DNA from: a virus
Taxonomy: Duplodnaviria; Heunggongvirae; Uroviricota; Caudoviricetes
DNA length: 13,971 nucleotides
IMG/VR virus record: IMGVR_UViG_2693429728_000012
Span: 1 to 13,971 of that record
Reading direction: 5' to 3' (one strand)
This document shows positions 7,935-13,971 of the stretch, piece by piece (position 1 is the stretch's first letter; each line of letters opens with the position of its first letter). The notes beneath the pieces were generated by a model, which saw only the letters and a program-made list of their open reading frames with translations, was not told the origin of the DNA and ran no database searches. The translations under genes and the position numbers were made by a program.

Positions 7935-9827
7935 ATGCACAATACGTACATCAAAGACTATATAGAATATTACCTTAGCCTTAAAACTGAACCTCAATAC
8001 GCCATTATGCTTAAAGGTGCTTGGGGATCAGGTAAAACTTGGTTCATTGAACGAGTTCTTGAAGAATATAAGCAAAAGCATTCAGAGTTCAAATTTCTTA
8101 AAGTGAGTTTGTATGGCGTCAACTCTATTGAGCAGATTGAAGATGAGTTCTATCGTCAACTTCATCCTATTCTATCAAACAAAGCCCTTATCTTTGGTGC
8201 AAATGTACTAAAAAATACGCTTAAGGCTACTTTCAAGATCGATTTCAATGGCGATAATAAGTCTGACGTAGATGTCAATGCCAGTGTCCCCACCATTAAT
8301 CTTAGCGACTTTAGCAGAGAACCAGATGGTTTTGTGCTGGTCTTTGATGATATCGAGAGAGCTGGTATAGATTTACCAATCTTATTTGGATATATAAATC
8401 ACTTTGTAGAAGTAAACGGATACAAAGCGATCCTGGTTGCCAATGAAGAAGAAATAATCAACAGAGAAAAGCGAATAAATAATGATGATGAGAAATCTAG
8501 CAGTGAATACATAAGAACAAAAGAAAAGCTTGTAGGTAAAACATTTGAAGTAACGTCAGATTTACATAGTGCTTGTAATATTTTCTTGGGCGTAATTAGT
8601 AGTTTACACGTAGCTAATATATTTAAAGAAGATATGCAGACCATAGAACACCTCTATGTGTCGGCGAAATATAATAATCTAAGACATTTGAGGCAGTTCT
8701 TTCTTGATGTACAACGCATCATTTCCCTTTTGGGAGATAAATATGTCAGCAACGACGATTTTATGAAAGTATTTTTCCAGCAGTTATTAATTTTCTCGAT
8801 GGAGTACCGGGGAGGGAACCTTAACTACGAGGATTTCAATTCAATCGGCAATGTAAATTATAGTATGTTTTTAGATAAAGGGCGTGCCAAAACTAAGTAT
8901 GATATGATCGTCGAGAAATATTCATCACCTGTATTAACCGAGACGTTACTGGATGGTGCGTACTGGAGAGAGCTAATCTGTGATGGAAAGGTAACGCATG
9001 ATCTTCTCGCTCAGCTGGATATTACGCGATTTTTTAGAAGCACCGATGCCCAAGCATGGGAGTATTTGTGGAACTATCGAGAACTTAATGAAACTATTCT
9101 TAATGAACAGTACGCCATTGCCAAGGATAATCTATTTTCAGGTAAGATCACTTCCTTAGGTGAACTCCTGATGACCGCGAGTATTTTGCTGGCATTGGCG
9201 AAAGAAGGTTTAACCACAGATGCTGTTGATGACATTATAAATGAGACAAAACATCATATAGATATTTATTACAATGGATTAGGACCTGAAGATATACATC
9301 AGGAGTATGCGCAAAGACATTATAATGAGTTAATGGCATGGCGTGGCTTTGGTTTTCTTGACAGGGATAGCGATGAATTCAAACTCATTATTGAGCATAT
9401 TAAGATAGCGCAGAAGAAACGGTTTGATGAATCAATTCCGGAGTTTGCATTGAAGTTCAGCGATGAGTTGCAAAGAGGAAATTTATCGTTTGTATCTGAA
9501 TTGTGTCATTCTAATAATAGGCAGCTAAATCTTCATAACGTGCCTTTTTTACACTTGGTTTCTCCTGAAGTTTTCATTGAAAGCTATAGGAAACTTGACC
9601 CAATCATCATGAGGAAACTGGCATTTAGCTTGAGGGATCGTTATTCTGATAGGGATGCCAGAACCAGACTGACCGAAGAATACAACTGGTTGATTAGCCT
9701 AAAAGAGATAGCTGTAGATTTCACTCAAAACGCAGCCAATAACTCCTTTCAGGTTTTTCATGTAAAGTTTTTTATTGACTATGCACTAACTAATGCAATC
9801 AAATTATTTACTGAGGGAACTGATTAA
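7935..9827 (+). CDS. KAP-family P-loop NTPase (full length, about 630 aa), probable accessory/defense cargo
   Basis: Walker A GAWGSGKT near the N-terminus and Walker B VLVFDDIER about 120 aa later, with a long alpha-helical C-terminal region. First in-frame ATG is 7935 (the ORF track begins at TTG 7884). Strongly AT-rich compared with flanking A and Q/P genes. Confidence 0.85.
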   Translation: MHNTYIKDYIEYYLSLKTEPQYAIMLKGAWGSGKTWFIERVLEEYKQKHSEFKFLKVSLYGVNSIEQIEDEFYRQLHPILSNKALIFGANVLKNTLKATFKIDFNGDNKSDVDVNASVPTINLSDFSREPDGFVLVFDDIERAGIDLPILFGYINHFVEVNGYKAILVANEEEIINREKRINNDDEKSSSEYIRTKEKLVGKTFEVTSDLHSACNIFLGVISSLHVANIFKEDMQTIEHLYVSAKYNNLRHLRQFFLDVQRIISLLGDKYVSNDDFMKVFFQQLLIFSMEYRGGNLNYEDFNSIGNVNYSMFLDKGRAKTKYDMIVEKYSSPVLTETLLDGAYWRELICDGKVTHDLLAQLDITRFFRSTDAQAWEYLWNYRELNETILNEQYAIAKDNLFSGKITSLGELLMTASILLALAKEGLTTDAVDDIINETKHHIDIYYNGLGPEDIHQEYAQRHYNELMAWRGFGFLDRDSDEFKLIIEHIKIAQKKRFDESIPEFALKFSDELQRGNLSFVSELCHSNNRQLNLHNVPFLHLVSPEVFIESYRKLDPIIMRKLAFSLRDRYSDRDARTRLTEEYNWLISLKEIAVDFTQNAANNSFQVFHVKFFIDYALTNAIKLFTEGTD

Positions 9828-9890
9828 CATTTTGTTGATTAACATAGGTAATATTATTAGAAGTACTAGACATGGTCAGTAAAATTATTA

Positions 9891-9924
9891 AAGTCCGCTT
9901 CGCTCGAAGCGGACTTTGTGCTTT
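9891..9924 (+). terminator. Rho-independent terminator downstream of the KAP NTPase gene
   Basis: Perfect inverted repeat aagtccgcttcg-ct-cgaagcggactt followed by tgtgcttt. Confidence 0.6.
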
Positions 9925-10045
9925 ATAAAAACGAGAGTTTTGTTTTTCAAGCGGTCATTCGGTTACGGGATTTCACTTCCCCCGTAAGTGCATGACTATG
10001 CCGCATGAGATCGCATGATCGTTTGCGGATCGTTTTTGCCAAGGT

Positions 10046-10067
10046 CCGCCAGAACTGGCGGGCTTTT
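10046..10067 (+). terminator. Second rho-independent terminator (or 3' end of a small transcript)
   Basis: ccgcca-gaac-tggcgg, a 6-bp GC stem with tetraloop, followed by gctttt. Confidence 0.45.
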
Positions 10068-10112
10068 GCGTAGATCATGCAGGTGCATGAAAACCACTAC
10101 ATAAAGTGGGCA

Positions 10113-10131
10113 GGCGTGGCGGGGATACGAG
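10113..10131. other. Candidate cos site (cohesive-end sequence) of a P2/186-like phage
   Basis: GGCGTGGCGGGGA matches the start of the 19-nt cohesive end I recall for 186/P2 (GGCG[T/A]GGCGGGGAAAGCA…), and it sits between the A-side cargo and Q where cos is expected. Downstream bases diverge from the recalled sequence. Confidence 0.4.
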
Positions 10132-10289
10132 CGCGCGCAACGAGGTGAAATAGCAAAACTCGGCACAGCCTACGGCCCGCTAGCGGCTTCAAATTGAAAT
10201 GGTGAGGTGCAGCAGCAAAAAAACCGCCCCACAGGAAGTTGTTGAGGTTGTTTATTGAGGGAATTGGCTTAAGCGGTAAAACACAAACA

Positions 10290-10318
10290 TTGCAACTTGT
10301 GCATGAAATTGATACATT
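10290..10318 (+). promoter_or_regulatory. Candidate promoter for the 223-aa unknown gene
   Basis: TTGCAA (10290-10295), 17-bp spacer, TACATT (10313-10318), about 30 nt upstream of ATG 10351, which has a GGGGTG Shine-Dalgarno-like sequence. Confidence 0.25.
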
Positions 10319-10350
10319 GTGCGTAATGTGTCTATATTGCGGGGTGTTTT

Positions 10351-11022
10351 ATGGCTTTCAGAGCGGAAGAAGCAGCAGCATCGAATTTCGAAAATGCTTA
10401 CAGATATCTAGTTCCACAAGGTTCAAATCAGGAGATGCGTTCGAAAGTTAGGGCGAAGCTCAAAGAAATTGTTGAAGAATGTGGGCCAGTAGTGGATGGG
10501 TATCCAGCATGGCACCCTTTTTTGCTGGAAAGAGATAAAGCTATTTGGGCGCCTATGACTCCCAATAATACTCCTAGCTTTAAATACCTGGACCACACGG
10601 TCTATTTCAGGAACGGCATTCTTACCTGTCCTTATGGTCATGGGGTTGATGAATTTATAGCTGGTATAAAACGTCTAAAGCACACGGATGCCCATTTCTC
10701 TATTGAGAAGATTGATGACGTTGTGCTTTATAATGACAACGCCGTCCCGTTGTTAATAAAATGCCATTGGCTTATTTCGGAAGATATGGAAGAGGATGGC
10801 ACCATTCCAGCAAAAGCAGCAATTGGATTGATGCTTGAAAGCGAGGTTCCTAACTGGCGGCATGCAGTTTATTGTGAAAATTGGGAAGATATGCGCGGGC
10901 AGTTGATGGGATATCCGCACGGTGCCAGATCATCTCTATTTGTTAATCAGCAGACAGGACAGAAAATGAAAAACTTCTGGAATCAGCTGATTAAGACCGG
11001 AATTCTTGGGGAAGAGCGATAA
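10351..11022 (+). CDS. Hypothetical 223-aa protein of unknown function (cargo gene between cos and portal gene)
   Basis: Clean ORF with a protein-like sequence and no motif I recognise; has its own putative promoter and a downstream hairpin; convergent with Q; moderately AT-rich. Confidence 0.7.
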   Translation: MAFRAEEAAASNFENAYRYLVPQGSNQEMRSKVRAKLKEIVEECGPVVDGYPAWHPFLLERDKAIWAPMTPNNTPSFKYLDHTVYFRNGILTCPYGHGVDEFIAGIKRLKHTDAHFSIEKIDDVVLYNDNAVPLLIKCHWLISEDMEEDGTIPAKAAIGLMLESEVPNWRHAVYCENWEDMRGQLMGYPHGARSSLFVNQQTGQKMKNFWNQLIKTGILGEER

Positions 11023-11035
11023 TTTCTTGAGGCTT

Positions 11036-11066
11036 AGCTGCGCCTTTAACAAGCAGAGGCGCTGCT
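11036..11066. terminator. Bidirectional terminator candidate between the convergent 223-aa gene and Q
   Basis: gcgcct-ttaacaagcag-aggcgc, with an inner agcag/ctgct stem, followed by tttttaaattt; lies in the 52-bp gap between two convergent stop codons. Confidence 0.4.
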
Positions 11067-11074
11067 TTTTAAAT

Positions 11075-12124
11075 TTAGCTATCGTTGTTTGTGTCTATTC
11101 CCAGCGTGTAGGGCTCGAAGCGGATCACCTCTTTACCTAGCCAGTAATTCAGCTCCTGCAGCCGCTTTTGCAGCGGCATCAGTTCATTGCGGACGAAGAC
11201 ACGGCTCGCTTTTTCCACATCCCCAAAACCCCCAACATTATTCGGCATAATCCCCATCATTTGCGGTGGCACACGATGCGCCGCCATCATGTCATCCCGG
11301 CTCACGTTCTTGATGTTCAGAAACTCATCCTTCGCCGCGACTTCTGACAACGGGATGATCTGAAGCCCGTCCTTTTTGCCGTTAGGCGAGTACATAAACA
11401 GATTGCGGAAGTTACCTGGTCCTTTGGCGCTTTTCATCGCATTGCGGAGGTTGTTCACATCCTCCTGGTTTTGCGCGGCATCGGTCATGTACATGATGAA
11501 GCCTGCATGACTGCCGTTAATGTAATACTTTCGGCGGAACAGCGTGGCGGACTCGTTGAGCAGGGCTGACGGAATGGCAGAAAGATAACCTGGCAGGCCG
11601 TAGATCTCCTGGTTGATGTCCGGTTCCATCAGATGAAAGATGCTGCCTTTCGTAAACTGATACGGCTGCGTGGTCATGCCGTATTGCACAAACCAGTAGG
11701 TATCCAGGTCTAACCCGCGTCGGGTGTATTTTGCCAGGGCCGGTTCAAGGACGATAACTTCACCGAAGCGGTTCGTGCGTTTCTCCAGGTAGGCGTTACC
11801 AAATACCAGATAGTCCTGCACAAAACGTGAAAAAGCCTGCTGGCTGAGCAGCGGGTGAGGGATGTAGGTGCTGGTCAGAATGTTGCACTTTACTGCAATC
11901 GGGGAACTGTGATGCACGGCGGCGCGAAAGGTGCGCGCCAGCCCGTCGAAACTCACTGGCGGCTCATACCAACGATCTGTCTGTACGCATTCCACATAGT
12001 CCAGCAGTTCGCGGCGGTCCAGAACAGGAACGGGATCACCGAAGCTGAATGCTTCGGCTGAAGTCTGGCTTTTATGCTGGATCTGGTTCGTCGACGCAGC
12101 GCGGTTCTTCTTACTCTTTCCCAT
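11075..12124 (-). CDS. Q: Portal (capsid portal/head completion) protein, P2 gpQ-like
   Basis: About 349 aa, N-terminus MGKSKKNR…; size, orientation and adjacency to the terminase match P2 Q. ATG 12124..12122 overlaps the P stop (TGATG); the ORF-track start at 12127 is TTG. Confidence 0.85.
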   Translation of the reverse strand: MGKSKKNRAASTNQIQHKSQTSAEAFSFGDPVPVLDRRELLDYVECVQTDRWYEPPVSFDGLARTFRAAVHHSSPIAVKCNILTSTYIPHPLLSQQAFSRFVQDYLVFGNAYLEKRTNRFGEVIVLEPALAKYTRRGLDLDTYWFVQYGMTTQPYQFTKGSIFHLMEPDINQEIYGLPGYLSAIPSALLNESATLFRRKYYINGSHAGFIMYMTDAAQNQEDVNNLRNAMKSAKGPGNFRNLFMYSPNGKKDGLQIIPLSEVAAKDEFLNIKNVSRDDMMAAHRVPPQMMGIMPNNVGGFGDVEKASRVFVRNELMPLQKRLQELNYWLGKEVIRFEPYTLGIDTNNDS

Positions 12125-13890
12125 CAAAAAATCTCCACAATATTGCTGGTATTGGCGGACTCGCCCTGCAGCGGTTCGTTAAACAGTGCGTGCATGGTTG
12201 CCCAGGCCAGATCGGCATGGCTGGCTTCTTCGCTGCGGCTGGCTTCATAGGTCGGGCGGTTGCCGCTGGCGGTGGTGGCGCGACGGATTGCCATAAATGA
12301 CTGCGCTATGTCGGTGTGTCCGGCGTCAAACTCCAGACGGCGGTGACTGATAATGTCGTAGGCCTTGAGTACCAGGGCGTTTTTAACGTTGGGGTTGTAG
12401 ACAAACTCCCGGACGGCTGGAAAAAACGCTTTCACGTTCTCGTAAACCCCGTGACCAACGCCGGTTGAGTCGATACCGATATAAGTCACGTTGTACTGTT
12501 CGGTAAGTTTTTTGATGGCGTCAGCCTGGGCGCGGAAGTCCATCCCGCGCCACTGGTGACGCTCAAGAATGCGGAACTTACCACCCGGCACGGCTGGCGG
12601 TGCCACCACCACGCATCCAGCGCTGTCGCCGTTTTGCGTACCTTTTGCCGGGTCATAACCGATCCACACTTCGCGCCAGCCAAACGGGCGCAGTGCCAGT
12701 GCATGAAAGTCGGTCCAGACTTCCCAACTGTCCACCATGCACGCCTGCAGCTCGCTGAGCGGAAACACGGACGCGAGATCGTCCACAAACTCGCACATCA
12801 GCAGGTTCTGGTATTCGTCCGGGCTGTACTCCATGCGTAGCTGGTCGAGGTCGAACAGGTTACAGCCGCCGCGCACCGCATCTTCCACGGTGACTATCTG
12901 GCGGTACTGCCCGTCTGCGCACAGCAGGCCGGGGGCTAGATTGCTGTGGGACAGGTCGATGTCCACCTTATCGGCTTTGTTGCGCCCACGGTTGAACAGC
13001 GCACCGGACCAGAACGGATAAGCACTGTGTGTCAGACTGGATGGCGTGGAAAAATAGGTTTGTCGCCATTTTTTGTGAATAGCCATACCGGAAGCCACTT
13101 TGCGCAGCTCCTGGAATTTCGGTATCCAGAAATATTCATCCAGATACAGGTTGCCGTGGTAACTCTGGGCCGTGCGGGCATTGGTGCCGAGGAAGTAAAG
13201 CGTGGCCCCGTTAGGAAGCACCATCGGATCGCCTTTCAGCTCCACCTCCACTTCTTTGGCAAAGTCGATGATGTACTGTTTAAAGACGTGGGCCTGAGCC
13301 TTGCTGGCAGAAAGGAAAATCTGGTTACGCCCGGTCAGCAGGGCGTCAATCAGGGCTTCACGGGCAAAGTAAAAGGTCGCGCCGATCTGGCGTGACTTCA
13401 GCAGGTTGCGGATGCGGTTGGTTTTTCCGGCTTCCCACCAGTGGCGCTGGTAGTTGAACATAGAGGAATTGAAGATTTCTTCCAGTTTCTCAATCTGTTC
13501 ATCGGTGAAAACATTCTTTTCCGGCTGACGACGTGGGCCTTTGTTGCGGTTGGCAACGTTAGGGTTTAAGTCGGCTTCGTTGCCGCCATTGTTAAACTTG
13601 CCGATCCGCGCGTGGCGCTCAGACTGGCGTGCCAGCAGGTCAATTTCTTTGAAATCTTTCCCTTCTTTGTGCTCCTTCATAATGAGCTGGCAGTAGCGTG
13701 CGGCGGTGGTGAGCTGCATCTGATCCAGCGGCCCATAGTCACCCCACTTGTCGCGTTTTTTCCAGCTGTGAACGGTTGCAACTTTCTCGCCCAGCATTTC
13801 AGCAATGCGGGCGACGCGGTATCCCTGAAAGTACAGCAGCATGGCCTGCCGACGGGGATCGAGGTCTGCGGGTGTCAGTGTGGTGTTCAT
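12124..13890 (-). CDS. P: Terminase large subunit (ATPase/nuclease), P2 gpP-like
   Basis: 588-aa ORF from ATG 13890; size and position upstream of Q are characteristic of P2-like terminase P, and the sequence is protein-like throughout. Confidence 0.85.
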   Translation of the reverse strand: MNTTLTPADLDPRRQAMLLYFQGYRVARIAEMLGEKVATVHSWKKRDKWGDYGPLDQMQLTTAARYCQLIMKEHKEGKDFKEIDLLARQSERHARIGKFNNGGNEADLNPNVANRNKGPRRQPEKNVFTDEQIEKLEEIFNSSMFNYQRHWWEAGKTNRIRNLLKSRQIGATFYFAREALIDALLTGRNQIFLSASKAQAHVFKQYIIDFAKEVEVELKGDPMVLPNGATLYFLGTNARTAQSYHGNLYLDEYFWIPKFQELRKVASGMAIHKKWRQTYFSTPSSLTHSAYPFWSGALFNRGRNKADKVDIDLSHSNLAPGLLCADGQYRQIVTVEDAVRGGCNLFDLDQLRMEYSPDEYQNLLMCEFVDDLASVFPLSELQACMVDSWEVWTDFHALALRPFGWREVWIGYDPAKGTQNGDSAGCVVVAPPAVPGGKFRILERHQWRGMDFRAQADAIKKLTEQYNVTYIGIDSTGVGHGVYENVKAFFPAVREFVYNPNVKNALVLKAYDIISHRRLEFDAGHTDIAQSFMAIRRATTASGNRPTYEASRSEEASHADLAWATMHALFNEPLQGESANTSNIVEIF

Positions 13891-13936
13891 GGCACAAACC
13901 TACAGCCTTGAATGAAGGCTTTCCCCGCCTGCGGTT

Positions 13937-13954
13937 TGTGTGGTTGTCGGTACA
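13937..13954 (-). promoter_or_regulatory. Candidate P2-type late promoter activator site (Ogr/B-type TGT-N12-ACA dyad) upstream of P
   Basis: Minus-strand reading TGTACCGACAACCACACA is TGT-N12-ACA, centred about 55 bp upstream of the P start codon; P2 late promoters carry such a dyad near -55. Confidence 0.35.
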
Positions 13955-13971
13955 AATACCGCGCATTGTTT

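Noticed and set aside
8399-8644. Minus-strand 81-aa ORF inside the KAP NTPase gene
   Set aside because: Antisense to a motif-supported gene in AT-rich DNA, where chance ORFs are frequent.
11855-13911. Plus-strand ORFs (68-149 aa) overlapping Q and P
   Set aside because: Antisense to the portal and terminase genes; Gly/Ala/Arg-rich translations typical of reverse frames of GC-rich coding sequence.

Overview
This window reads as a 186/P2-like (Peduovirinae-type) temperate phage segment in an enterobacterial genome, assigned by eye from motifs and gene order without any database search. Left to right: a partial KAP-type P-loop NTPase gene (minus strand, absent from the ORF track) coupled to a 186-type CI repressor; Apl/Cox-like and CII-like genes; a tightly coupled rightward early operon ending in a TraR/DksA zinc-finger protein, a Dam-type adenine methylase and the HUH rolling-circle initiator A; a LexA-box-controlled small ORF plus DinI-like gene; an AT-rich cargo region holding a full-length KAP-family NTPase; terminators and a cos-like sequence; a 223-aa unknown gene; and leftward portal (Q) and large terminase (P) genes. 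No integrase, tRNA, CRISPR array or IS element was seen. The best candidates for an undescribed system are the two KAP NTPase loci and the unknown 223-aa gene in the cargo region between A and Q.
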